Assembly: GCF_000315625.1 (NCBI RefSeq)
Contig: NW_005434659.1
Location: 280,494 to 344,493 of the forward strand
Direction of reading: 5' to 3'
Source of the DNA: Guillardia theta CCMP2712
Taxonomy: Eukaryota > Protista > Cryptophyta
Length of the DNA stretch: 64,000 bases
A program made the position numbers and the translations under genes. Positions 1 to 11,030 of the stretch are shown piece after piece. Position 1 is the first letter of the stretch. Every line of letters begins with the position of its first letter. The notes beneath the pieces are model-generated. The model was not told the origin of the DNA and did not search any database. It saw only the letters and a list, made by a program, of their open reading frames with translations.

Positions 1-17
1 GACTTGAGAGTCTCCTG

Positions 18-1140
18 ATGGAGGAACAAGCGTCAAGGCCTCAAGTCCGTGATGACCTCGTGGTTCTGGCTGCTTCTCCTGAGCAAGCAAGCCGCACGGT
101 TGCTCGCAATCGTTCACCCATCGCTGGTAGCACGCCAGAGGATATGAGGAGAAGAACGAAGAAGCCACAGACGGCTGCAGCAGTGCAGGAGAATATTTTT
201 TCGAAGTTTCATGACCCCAGCATGAACATTGAAAGTCTCAGAACCAGGGAGCCTGCATTCTGCATTGGGGCCCCTCGCTTGAAGCCCATGGATTTCGAAG
301 GAACTGTCCCATCATTACTAAGTGAACCACAGGACTCCAACGACCCAGCCACATGCGATGCATCCTTGATAGAATATTTAGATCAGGTTCTGAGCATGGA
401 TTCGGCATACTTCAACGACGAGAGCGCATACGGTAGCTTGTTCCAGAACATTTCATTGAATGAGTTTGAAAGCGGCCTGAGCAAACCGCAAGGGCTTGAA
501 TCGGGTTGCGCGCAGTATCCGATAGATTGGAGAATGACAGTTCTTTGGCTGTCGTACCTGGCGATCTGGAGCTCTCAAGAGGATCTTGAAAGCATCTTGA
601 CGACGATGCTAGGGGCTTCACGAGAATACTCTCCATCTGAAGCACAACTCGAAACTCTGACCAACGAGATGTACGTCTACATGATGCGCCACGATGCAGA
701 TCCTTCGTCGTCGATTTCTCGTCTGCAAGATTTCAGGCGGCTGCCGTTGGATGACAGACTTGGTGCTCTACATGATTTACTTGTGCGATTGCTGACCTTG
801 AAGGTTGAAACGATCTCGAGTGAGCAGATGAGTTTTTCCTAGTTTGTCATTGATGTTTTGACAGGTCAATCACAGTCAGACGTCAATCAAGTTGAGATGT
901 ATGCGTTGTCTCTCTTGCTGTGCATGAGCTGAAGTGAGCTTTTCAGAGATGTAGCATTGCCCGCCGACTTTGCCGGAGTGAAAATCTCACTGCGGTTGCA
1001 ACTGCAAGCGCGTTTTGGAATCTTCACCACGACGGGATTCTATCGGTAACGATTGACCTGCTAGCTCCAGTGCTGTCCTTGCTTGACACGAGGTTTCCGC
1101 CAGTGATCTTCAAGTCCTTCAGTCAGCAGCTGTTAGGCTG
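18..1140 (+). CDS. Hypothetical protein, spliced; may be 5'-truncated by the window edge
   Basis: 274-aa ORF at 18-842, followed by short GT..AG introns (~820-864, ~898-946, ~1046-1103) and further small exons. No recognisable domain; 3' end approximate. Confidence 0.5.
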
Positions 1141-1300
1141 ATAGCTCGAGACTGAAGTCATGGATGAAACCATTAGGAGTTATTGACGAGCTTCCTGACC
1201 CTCTACCTTAACATAGTTTGTACAACAAGAGTGAAAGAGCAGAATGGCTAGAAAGTCATCCTCAGGTGCCCGTGTGACCAGGTTTCCTCCCCGTCGGAGT

Positions 1301-3962
1301 TCAGCGGAGTCGAAATCCCCTGGTTGAGTGCAGTGAGAAACGATCGCCGACGCGACTCAGTGCTACCTCTGGGAATTCATCAGCAAGCTCCTCTTCAAGC
1401 CTCTGGTCTATCTCCTTGTACTCTTCCATCAAGCGGAGAGCTCCTTCCCTCTCCTTCCTAGGGTGACGAGTGAGGAAAGAAAGGGCAAGGGAAGAGGGGG
1501 ATAAGGAAAGGAGGAACGAGACGTACTGAATCTCGTCCTGTGCCATCTCCACGGACTGCGCGACACTTGAGTTCCATTGCCTGTTGAAAAATGTATGAGC
1601 AAGTGAGGAGTGAGAAAGGAGTGAGTGAGGCTTACGAGCTGCCTTCCTGTATACCCTTAGCTCTCAACTCATCGATGATTCTAGCCTCCTTTTCTTCTTG
1701 GGCTGCCTGTGACCCAGAGTTTCATCAGTTAAAAGTTCCATGTTCCCTCTAAGCTGACCTCAGCAAAAATTTCGCTGGCATTGAGTTTGTCCAACTTCAC
1801 CGTCCCATTCCGAACCATCTCCTGTGCCTCTCTGAAGGTAGCGTTAGCCTCTCTGTCACTGACCGGTCAGGCATAAGCTCACTCCCAGCTCCGTTGGAAT
1901 CGAGCCGCACCCGCATGGTCCCGGTCGACAAACTTATTCACGTCTACAGGCTCATCTTCTTTCATGACGCGATCCCACCAGAGTCGAGCAATCTGAACCA
2001 CAAGTTCTTCATGCACCAGCCTCATTGCTGCTTACAGAGCAGCTACCGATTCTTGCCAAGTTCCTGGACCGTCGTAGTCCGGTGACCATTCCGGCTCGTC
2101 ATTCGGTATGAAAGCTGCACCAGGAGGTCTCTTGCTCAGATGCACCTGCAATCGTCACGAGTCACAGCCAGGCGTCAGGCCCATTCACACGGACCCAAAT
2201 GGTTTTCTTCGTCTGATTGTCAATATCTAAGATTTCCTGTACGTTCCAGTCGTGCTCGTCTGGACCATCCTTGACCCTATATTCGAGCTTTCCAACGATC
2301 AAGACGGTCTTCAAAGGTCGTTTGAATGCCGGAATGACTCCCATGTTGTCCTGTCTGTGCTCCTAGAATCGCCTTAGTCAACCTTAAGATCAGTAGTAGA
2401 CATTTCACCTGTGGCTCATGTATTGAAACGCGGATCCATTTTTCTCTCACTTTGACATGCACATCTCGGCCTCTGACCCAATCGGGAGCAAAGATCTGGA
2501 TTCGATATTCAAACCACACCATGATATCAGGAGCCATCGCTCACATGCAAGAACACGTCATCCTGTGTTTGCGACCAGTAATATTTCTTGGTCTTTCCAC
2601 CATTCCTTGTCATCGAATTTACGAAGGTCTTGCAACACATGACTCAGGAGCAGAAAGCAATCTCAGTGAGGGTATGACCTTGTTCATGGCAAATTCATAG
2701 CTGGTTCGATTGCGTGTATACTGGTACTTGATCTTGACACTCCCAACCCGACTCTCTGTTTGCACACCATCAGGTCATAATTGCCACTTCAAGTGACGGA
2801 CACTAAAAATGGGTTGATGGAGCAGTCATCATACTTGAACCTCCCAACTACACTCGTACTCTTCTTCTCAAGAGGGTCAAATGGTGTCGTACCGGTCCAC
2901 TCTTTCAGCAACTCGCGGGCCTTGGCAACCTCTGACGTTTCCAAGAACCCCGAGACAATGAGCGGCTCCGAGTGCCTCAGCGCTTGTCTTAGTCCGTGCT
3001 GTCATCACAACGTACTCACTCCTCTAACTTCGCAGCAGCAAGCACTGACCTCGTCATGGTTGTTGATGGCTTCTTGGATCTGCTGCCGTACACTTCACAA
3101 CATTCGTCAGCTAAGTACGGGCTTTTCGAGGCAAGTAAGCAACAACCTGCGGCAGAGGTTGTTCTGCACATGATCCATCTCATCCTTGGCGTTAGGATCG
3201 TCTTCTGGCTTGTCGGATACAGAAACGTCCAGCTTGTCCCAGCGAGAGTAGTCGACTGTCTTCCACTTCCGTTCTTTCTCACTCCACGATTCCACCACAG
3301 GCCTCTGCAGGGGCTGGTCGTGCTCCCAATCGCTCCTGGTATGACCCTGATCAAGAAGATCTTTCTCAGAAATCATGTCCGGCGGCTTGAGCTTGGAGAG
3401 ATCCGCGTTTTTACAAGGAACGTCCTCAACGAGTACTTCTCCATTTCGCACCGTGACTCGACTTGGTCCATGAAATTTTCTCAGCCTGGGCCTCAGCTCA
3501 CTCTCTTCCTCATCATCACTGATCTCCTTGGCAAGCTTGTCCCATCTGCCATCGATTCAGAACCACAGCCTGGTCCTCAAAACACGCCAGCCCCTCCTCC
3601 TCTTTGACCCTCCTTCACCTTCCACTTCCACCTCTCCTAAACCTGCGGGTCGCCCCCGCTACCCCCCCTCCTGGTTTTCACCTCTCATAATTGATCCTCG
3701 CGTCCGAATGCTTCGAGTCTTCTTTCCCAGATCCTCCCCTCAGCTGAAGTAACCCACAAGCACGACCTTGGCAGCCGGCATTGCTGCAAGCGTTTCCCGC
3801 TCCTCCAGCACAGCAGCTGTCGACTGTCTGCATGCATGCTCTCGCCCTCGTCTTCAGAGGAGTCGACCATAGAGCAGACCAAGAGCATCTCGTAATGCTC
3901 AGACTCAGCATGAGTAGCAGCATGCTTCGCCGCGCTCCCCTGTCGTGTTCCATCAGTCGCAT
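1301..3962 (-). CDS. NudC-like CS (p23-fold) co-chaperone with N-terminal signal peptide and two Cdc37-like (D/N)YxRWD motifs; multi-exon
   Basis: Hand-spliced exons give MTRNGGKTKKYYWSQTQDD (NudC CS start motif NGGxxxxYxWxQT), IQIFAPDWVRGRDVHVKV and LIVGKLEYRVKDGPDEHDW. Also INYERWDKLAKEISDDEEE and VDYSRWDKLDVSVSD. N-terminus is hydrophobic (MLLLMLSLSITRCSW). Confidence 0.65.
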
Positions 3963-4005
3963 CCTGCAGTCAGGGTGCCACCCTTGCCCGGAGACCCGGA
4001 CTCGG

Positions 4006-4375
4006 CCTGATTGTCTTCGTACTGATTTTTAACTTAACTTTGAGTAAAGTCACCAAGTTCCGGAAGTTGGCGAGGCCCTGAGAGTCGAGTCGAGGAGGCT
4101 TGACCCCGACACATACAGGCCACACGGCGAGAAGAGAAAAGACAGCGAGAACCCGGAAACAGATTAATCCTGCAGTGCCAACCGTTGAACTGTTGTCCCC
4201 CAAACTACTAAAGGTGACTAGCCTAGCCTAGTAGCACGGTACGGTACGCCGGGTAGCACCCGGGCGGCGGCCCGCCGGACCGGCCGGCCGCAACTTCCCG
4301 GCAGCGCCTCGGCGGGCGCAGCGGTACGGTCTCTACCCTCTTGAAGTTTACTCAAAGTTAAGTTAAAAATCAGTA
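4006..4375. mobile_element. Rearranged fragments of the dispersed TIR (MITE-like) element
   Basis: 4020-4048 and 4347-4375 form a perfect 29-bp inverted repeat (TACTGATTTTTAACTTAACTTTGAGTAAA). 4081-4152 is the reverse complement of the element arm at 18358-18430. Confidence 0.75.
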
Positions 4376-5003
4376 AACTTGATCAATCACGCAACTCCGA
4401 TGCTGCCGTCCTCCAGATTGTTCTCATACTAATTTTTAACTTAAAGGAAGTTGAGTAATTTGAAAGATTGGGGATGCGAGAAGGCGCTGTATTGCCCCTC
4501 AGTGGTCATCAGTCGCTTCTCTTTCTTTCTTTCTTTCTTTTTTTGGCGCCTTTAGTTACCGGGCTCTCTCAGGATAGACGGCCTCAGCTAGCACGTTGTT
4601 CTAAATGGTGTGATAGGTTAAAGGGGGGTACCCTTGACCCTCGGCACTTGACGCTCCTAGGCGCAAGAGCGCGACGGGACGCAGTTCAGGCAGGGATGAA
4701 GGGTGGGTGTATTCCAGGGAAATGGGGGGGTCCAGCATGGGGGCTGGTCAGTCTGTCGGCCCAACACCCTGGTGGCACGTATCCAATATCGGAGCCGACC
4801 GGGGGGGTAGGAGTAGGGAGAAGATGGGGTGGGGTGGTATCGAAAGGATTTTACCGGCTCGTAGGAAACTCGGAAGGAAGCAACTATGCGAGCGCGAGCA
4901 TGTGCTGCCGTTGAGAGATAGCAGCTCTCGTGCTCTTGAAAACAAGATCCTTGACCTTTCACAAAGAATATCGAATTCTGTTCGCACATCAAAACATCCA
5001 ATC

Positions 5004-8000
5004 ATGCTAAACTGGTCGTTCTACTCCAAGGGGAGGAGAAAAGCCTCGTCGTTCTACGGCGTCAATCTGGATGCTTGGTTTCAGAAGAACATGGACGCAG
5101 AGGACATGCAAGAATTCCTTCCAGATCGACCAGCAGCCACCAAGAGAAGATGGTGGGTCCCTATGTCAGTCTCCTTCCTCCTCCTCCTCTCCTTCGGTGG
5201 GTTCGTGTGGGGAACTCTTCCTCTTCAACCCCAGTTGGAGACCAGGGCTACGACCCTGCATGTCTACTTTCCTCAGGACGGTTCTCTCTCCTTCAACGCT
5301 ACTACCATAGCCCCTCCTGAAGCGTCAAGGTTCCACGATATCAGCGTGCTGTCAGCAGAGTGTACCATCTCGTTGATGGAGGATCAGGTCATGTTCATGG
5401 ATTCGTTTGCTGAGATATCTGTCCAGGGACCTTTTCGACTCCTCTCAAGAATCTCAGGGGAGCAAGAGGCCATCCAGTCATTCCAAGGAAAGGTTCGCTT
5501 CGCAGATCTGACTGCGCAGCAGTTCAGAATGGTCCTGGAACGGAAAATGAGCTTTGGAATTTCTTGTTCGACACTGACTTCAACGAGGCTGTACTGGTCA
5601 GCATACACCATAGAGCGCATCGAGGTGTTCAACAGCACGCTCAACAACGGTCTTGCCGACCTCTTGAACAACACTCTTGAAGGCATTACCCTTTCAGATC
5701 TGTTTGAGGACCTCCGCGATGGTTTCTCCTTCTTGGACCAGCGACAGGCGCTGGCGGTGCTGCTCAAGCTCCCCATGATCCGAGACACCAGCGGCTTCAT
5801 TGAAGCTGTCTACGTGCACCTGCCTGAGATCTCTTTTGATCTCACCCTCGGCTTCCTCGGAGACTTTTCTGTCCGAGACCCGGAGGCAGCCGTGGACCCG
5901 TCGCAAGCTGTCGTGACGTTCGGGTCTTATCCTGTCTCGTGGTTGTTGATTGCTCAAAATCAGACGTCAGACAACCATGCTCAAGCGCATCTCTTCGTGT
6001 CATGTGTCCAAAGAGACTGTGTCCGAAGCATCCGTGCAGTCATCGGAGTTGGTCTTGGTGGCTTCACGACGCATCCCATACAAGGAGTGGCAGTCTCAGC
6101 AACAGCGTCCACGACATCTGCTCCTTTCTTCACCAGACTGTTGGGAGATCGGCACATGATCGTTGTCAGTTCGCAGCAGTACCAGTACCATGGGCGGAGA
6201 GTTGCGACGGCTCTTGCGGGCTACTCGGACTGTGTCAAGGCTGACATGTTCGAGAACTGGAGGCTGCAGCTCTGCGCAGATACAGGAGGGATCTTGACGG
6301 ATATGAGCTCAGGTCTTAACTTCTTCGAGCTCGACAGACATCCTTCTGCCATCCTAGTCCTGGCCTCCAGGAACTACTTCGATTACGGTCAAGGCAACCC
6401 GCTCTTGCTCGTCCATCTGAACGTGACAACGCTGAGGAAATTTACAGCTGGGGAGGCCAGAGCTATGCTGGGCGCGGATGTAGCGCGCGCTCAAGGCGAC
6501 TCTGAAGTCGTAGAGTCCACGTTTAAGACTGTGAGCTACATTGAAGTTCAAGAGAACGACAAAACAGTGGTGCAAAGTTATTTGGATGCAGACCTTGGTC
6601 TGTTGCAGGACAAGTATGCTTCTGATTCTGTCACGACTGATACACCTTTCTTTGCCATGAGAGTGAAGGAAACTGATGGTACCATGGTGTGGGAGTTTCT
6701 GATCTCAGCGAACAGAACGACTCAATCTGATTCTGGACTTACAATCTACAAGAACACAATGATCAGTCGATTGCGGGATGTTACCGTTTTTGATTGGGGT
6801 ACAGCAGTGCAAAGTCAGTACTCACACTCTTCTGTTTCGTTCAACTACTACGAGGATGGTCGGAAGATCTGGGGTAGAGACTCGCCGGATTCCTTCGAGC
6901 TGACGTACACCACGGCACTCCAACTAGGATCAGGGGCAGTGAAAACAAATCTCGGAGCAAAGGGACAGATCGGTTTGCGTGCGTGGGTAGGATATATCGA
7001 GAACTGCTCTGACGTGACTTGTTCCAATGTCTTCTGGGTGCCTTGTGATACAGAGAGAATATCGAAAGCTGGGTTGGACTGCAACGTGTCACTCGACGGC
7101 TGGTTGAACGACGACATGATCAGCATCGAGGCTCAGGTGTTCCATGACTCAGTCGGCGAGACGTACAGAGGATCCGACAGTATTTCTGTCATCACCTCGA
7201 ACGAGTTTGCTTTCGATTGGAGCAATGACTACCATCATAATTGTTCTGAAACATTCACACTCGACGACGTAGCAGACACCCAATACTATCCATTCAAGAA
7301 ACAAGTGCGGTGTTCTCTGACAGCTGACTACACAGCTGGTGTCCTACTGGGCTCTGGGACAGTAAGGAAGAGCCTCGACGCTGGAGGTCGTTTTATTCTG
7401 AATAACAGCGAAGAATCACTTGGTTCTTGTCATAGAACATGTTATGATGGGCTAGTCTCCAAGGAACAGGCGTTGGACCCTGCATACACAAGGTGTTATA
7501 CTGGGTCAGGCAAACTTTCGCAACTTAACTTGAGCCTTTCGATGGATGGCTTGCGAAACAATCTCGACGCAGTCGGGATGCAGTTGATAGTAGCAGGATC
7601 TTTTCTTGACTACTTCGTTAATGTATCCAGCTTATTCTCGGTCAGTCAGAATAGCGAACCATGGTTCGATTGGAGCAACTTGGTTTATGGAAAGTATGAA
7701 TATGTTGATCAATGGTATCACACCGAGGTTCAGAACTCCAATGATTACACGAATGAAAACCTTTACAACCACTCACTCCAAGGCTTTTATTCTACCAACC
7801 TGCAGTTTGGACCCCCTGCGAGTCGCCAGAGGCTCGGCAGCAGCAACAATTTGTCCTGGTCGTCCTACCAGTCAGACGTCTCCAAGTGCACGGAGATTTC
7901 TTGTCAACGCTTCTCCTCGTTTCAGGCTCACTTAGATGCGGACCTGAAAGGTTGGCTCAACGACAAGAACGTCGGCTTGACAGAGCTGATGGTACTCAAC

Positions 8001-11000
8001 GTCACAAACGGGGCATGGAATGCGTGGAGCGTGATCAACGCAAGTGGAAATGAACTTTCGTTGCTCAATTGGAGAATCGACATGGACGGAGCTAATTCCA
8101 ACACGAATGAGTACGACAGCACGTATGAGGTTGGCGTCTCAAACTACAGCACCTCCAGCCTCGATGAGCTCCTCGTGTCCGCCAGCTATACTACAGCACT
8201 TGAAGTTCAACTGTCTGCGAATGAGAAACGCAACAGCCTGGCTGGTAGCGGCCGCATCGACCTGCTCTCCACATACCTTGTCGAGGAGATCCACACTACT
8301 GCTGCGTGGGGATGTAGCTTGTATCCCAACGGTACTGTGATTAGTTGTCAGACCCATTACTGGGTGACGCAGAACCCTTTCATTTCGACAACAGCCTTCG
8401 ACTTGTCTATGGATGGCCTGTGGAATGATGTCGACAGGATCGGGATAGAACTTTCTTCTCTAGCCTTGCGCGATAACAACATGTTGCTCAACAGCACAGG
8501 CTTCCTGTCAGCCACTAGCAACAGCGAGTCCTTGCTCACCTGGAGTTCGTCGTTGATCACAGGATACGTCCCTGCTCTGAGAATCCTAACAACTCGAGTC
8601 ATCAACACGATCTCACTCAACGCAAAGAGCCTGATCGATGTCGGCCTTGAAGGAATCATTGCACTTCAAGACACCCCAAGATCAGCTTCTCTTGCCATCT
8701 CAAACGCGGGAGAATCCGTTCTGTACATGAGTGGCGACTTTCAAGACGAATGGTTGCCTGGACCATCGAAGCTTGTCTGCACTTCAGTGAGTGTTGTGCG
8801 CATACCTTCTGCTCAGGTGGACTTGCGATGGACCCACACGTTCCAAGTCGAGATGGGCCAGGAAGGGATGTATTCGGTATCGTTCCAGATAGTCGACAGC
8901 GAGCAACACGTGAGGTCACAACGACTGTTGGAGTCCACAGACGCCATCCTGCTAATCAACACATCAGTCGGAGTACAAGGCGCCAGTGCCAACACCCTTC
9001 AAGACTTCGTCAAGAACTTTGCCATGGAGCAGACCGGCCTCCTGGTGGACATGAACGTCGTGGTTGGAGGAAGCGACCGCCTGTCTGTCAGCTCCTTCCT
9101 TGGCTCGAGCGGAGACATGGAGGGGAGCAAGGAGCAGGTGTCGTGCGTGCAGGTTGACGTGGGGATCGACGGCTGGGAGGCACTCTCCGCTTCTGGTGAC
9201 GTGAGGATGACAGGGCTCAAGCTGCGATCGCTGAGTCCTAACGAGAGCTTCGCGACTCTGCAGCACGTGATGGTGGAGGCCCGGCACAACAACGACACCA
9301 TGCTACTTCAACGCACCAACGACGTGTACCAGGGAAGCAGACCCACTTGCAACGTCGTCACCGCAGGAAGACTACTCATGTTCGTCGACATGATCTGCCA
9401 GCCAGGGTACTGCAAGGACCAAAGTGGCTACTGCTTGCCCTGCAGCGAGGAATTGCAGGAGGAGGAGGTGATGGAGGCACCTGTATCCACTACTCCCTTG
9501 CCTCCTCCTCCTCCTCCTCCTCCTCCCGCTCAGGTCATGGCGCGTAACGACACTCTCGCGAGAGCGACTTCGACAGTGACCACGGTGATCACGACAACCA
9601 CAGCGATCGCTGCCTCCTCTGTCGCCGTCAGCGCCGTAGCATCAGCCGTGCTGCCCTCCCTCTCATCAGCTGGAGCCTCTGGAGCTGGAGGGAGGAGCGG
9701 GTCTCTCGCCACCTCTCTCATCTTGCAGACTCAGTTCATCGCGATCACGGGTCAGATCGGGGGCAACAGCAGCACCGGCGCGGTCTCGGAGTTCTCCTCC
9801 CAGCTCGGTTGGTCCAACTACAAGTTCTTCTCCCTCTTCAAGGGCGACACCAACACGACCTGCGACCGAGCCAAGCAGTCCAGCAACGAGCTCTTCTCGA
9901 CTCTCATCGCCTGCTCGGGAACCCTTGCGCTCGCCGCCGTTCTTCGCGTCACTATCAATCAGGTCGGAAAGTTCTGCAGGAATCAAGACATCGCCATGCA
10001 GGACTCGCGTGCCATCCCCTTTCCCAAGTGGGAGCTTGCGCTCTCCCTCACGCAGGTTCAGGGGCTTGCTCTTGCTACTACCTCTGCCATGGCGAGCCAG
10101 TGCCTGCTGTACATCATCTTGGGAGCGGTCTTCTTCCTTGCCCTCTTCCTCGAGGTCCTTTCGATGTTTCGGTTGGCCTGGCAGGCAAAGAGAGGAAAGA
10201 TCTTGTGGCAGACGAAGATGTTCCATGACGCCTGGATGGAGCTGAAGCACGACATGTCAGAGCTCAAGAAGGAGAAGAAAGTAGCAACAGTCAGTCACGC
10301 CATCAGCACTCCTTTCATCCGAGGAAACTGGAACGTCGACGGGGATCCTGAGCGGCATGACCAGTCTCAAAGCTTCATGAGTCGCTTCGGCATCCTGATC
10401 GAGGAGGTATGCTCGCATGCCTGGTGGTTCTCCGTCTACTCCATCGGCACCAAGGTGCTCCATGCTCTCATCATCAACCTCACCAACAACGAGACTGCTA
10501 GGAGCTCCAGCATGACTGCCTGCATCCTCCTTGACCTCGTCCTCATTGTTATCTTCACACCGCAGATCGACTGGCGCGATTGGGTGACGCAGCTGCTGGC
10601 GGCCCTGGGCAACCTTGGGATCTGCTTGACTTTCTTCTTACGGAACCTTGACAAGATCAACGACGCGCAGGTCAATAGCATGTTCTTTGCCTTCGTCGTC
10701 ATCTCCATCATGCCGATGGTTCTTGCCAGCCTGGCCAAGGACATGTTCAAGGCTTCCGGAGCTGTCTTTCAGTTCGTAACGATCTTCAAGCTAGAATCAA
10801 AAGAGGAGGAGGACAAGCAGAGGACAGAGCGAGAGAGGCAGAGCATGCCATGCCAGATCGTCGAATGCGTTGATGTTCAGCCCGTGGAAGATTCCGAGAT
10901 ATGCAGCATACCTGTGAAAGCTGACGAGTGGTCAGGACAAGCAAAAGAAGCGCAAGAAGCGAGTACGGAGCAGTCATGGGCGAATCCGGTACAAGGACGG

Positions 11001-11030
11001 GTTCTGTCACTTCGAAATCAAGAAGGTTGA
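5004..11030 (+). CDS. Large intronless membrane protein: N-terminal TM, repetitive beta-rich ectodomain, Pro/Ser/Thr linker, multi-pass TRP/FLC-like C-terminal domain
   Basis: Open frame 4707-11030; plausible in-frame ATG at 5004. LILQTQFIAITGQ...FSSQLGWSN resembles the PF06011-type TM domain start, followed by ~7 hydrophobic segments. Many NxS/T sequons. Confidence 0.75.
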   Translation: MLNWSFYSKGRRKASSFYGVNLDAWFQKNMDAEDMQEFLPDRPAATKRRWWVPMSVSFLLLLSFGGFVWGTLPLQPQLETRATTLHVYFPQDGSLSFNATTIAPPEASRFHDISVLSAECTISLMEDQVMFMDSFAEISVQGPFRLLSRISGEQEAIQSFQGKVRFADLTAQQFRMVLERKMSFGISCSTLTSTRLYWSAYTIERIEVFNSTLNNGLADLLNNTLEGITLSDLFEDLRDGFSFLDQRQALAVLLKLPMIRDTSGFIEAVYVHLPEISFDLTLGFLGDFSVRDPEAAVDPSQAVVTFGSYPVSWLLIAQNQTSDNHAQAHLFVSCVQRDCVRSIRAVIGVGLGGFTTHPIQGVAVSATASTTSAPFFTRLLGDRHMIVVSSQQYQYHGRRVATALAGYSDCVKADMFENWRLQLCADTGGILTDMSSGLNFFELDRHPSAILVLASRNYFDYGQGNPLLLVHLNVTTLRKFTAGEARAMLGADVARAQGDSEVVESTFKTVSYIEVQENDKTVVQSYLDADLGLLQDKYASDSVTTDTPFFAMRVKETDGTMVWEFLISANRTTQSDSGLTIYKNTMISRLRDVTVFDWGTAVQSQYSHSSVSFNYYEDGRKIWGRDSPDSFELTYTTALQLGSGAVKTNLGAKGQIGLRAWVGYIENCSDVTCSNVFWVPCDTERISKAGLDCNVSLDGWLNDDMISIEAQVFHDSVGETYRGSDSISVITSNEFAFDWSNDYHHNCSETFTLDDVADTQYYPFKKQVRCSLTADYTAGVLLGSGTVRKSLDAGGRFILNNSEESLGSCHRTCYDGLVSKEQALDPAYTRCYTGSGKLSQLNLSLSMDGLRNNLDAVGMQLIVAGSFLDYFVNVSSLFSVSQNSEPWFDWSNLVYGKYEYVDQWYHTEVQNSNDYTNENLYNHSLQGFYSTNLQFGPPASRQRLGSSNNLSWSSYQSDVSKCTEISCQRFSSFQAHLDADLKGWLNDKNVGLTELMVLNVTNGAWNAWSVINASGNELSLLNWRIDMDGANSNTNEYDSTYEVGVSNYSTSSLDELLVSASYTTALEVQLSANEKRNSLAGSGRIDLLSTYLVEEIHTTAAWGCSLYPNGTVISCQTHYWVTQNPFISTTAFDLSMDGLWNDVDRIGIELSSLALRDNNMLLNSTGFLSATSNSESLLTWSSSLITGYVPALRILTTRVINTISLNAKSLIDVGLEGIIALQDTPRSASLAISNAGESVLYMSGDFQDEWLPGPSKLVCTSVSVVRIPSAQVDLRWTHTFQVEMGQEGMYSVSFQIVDSEQHVRSQRLLESTDAILLINTSVGVQGASANTLQDFVKNFAMEQTGLLVDMNVVVGGSDRLSVSSFLGSSGDMEGSKEQVSCVQVDVGIDGWEALSASGDVRMTGLKLRSLSPNESFATLQHVMVEARHNNDTMLLQRTNDVYQGSRPTCNVVTAGRLLMFVDMICQPGYCKDQSGYCLPCSEELQEEEVMEAPVSTTPLPPPPPPPPPAQVMARNDTLARATSTVTTVITTTTAIAASSVAVSAVASAVLPSLSSAGASGAGGRSGSLATSLILQTQFIAITGQIGGNSSTGAVSEFSSQLGWSNYKFFSLFKGDTNTTCDRAKQSSNELFSTLIACSGTLALAAVLRVTINQVGKFCRNQDIAMQDSRAIPFPKWELALSLTQVQGLALATTSAMASQCLLYIILGAVFFLALFLEVLSMFRLAWQAKRGKILWQTKMFHDAWMELKHDMSELKKEKKVATVSHAISTPFIRGNWNVDGDPERHDQSQSFMSRFGILIEEVCSHAWWFSVYSIGTKVLHALIINLTNNETARSSSMTACILLDLVLIVIFTPQIDWRDWVTQLLAALGNLGICLTFFLRNLDKINDAQVNSMFFAFVVISIMPMVLASLAKDMFKASGAVFQFVTIFKLESKEEEDKQRTERERQSMPCQIVECVDVQPVEDSEICSIPVKADEWSGQAKEAQEASTEQSWANPVQGRVLSLRNQEG

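Noticed and set aside
4707-5003. N-terminal 99 codons of the 2107-aa ORF
   Set aside because: They start at GTG inside the GGGGTA-rich promoter-like block; a eukaryotic ATG start at 5004 is more plausible.
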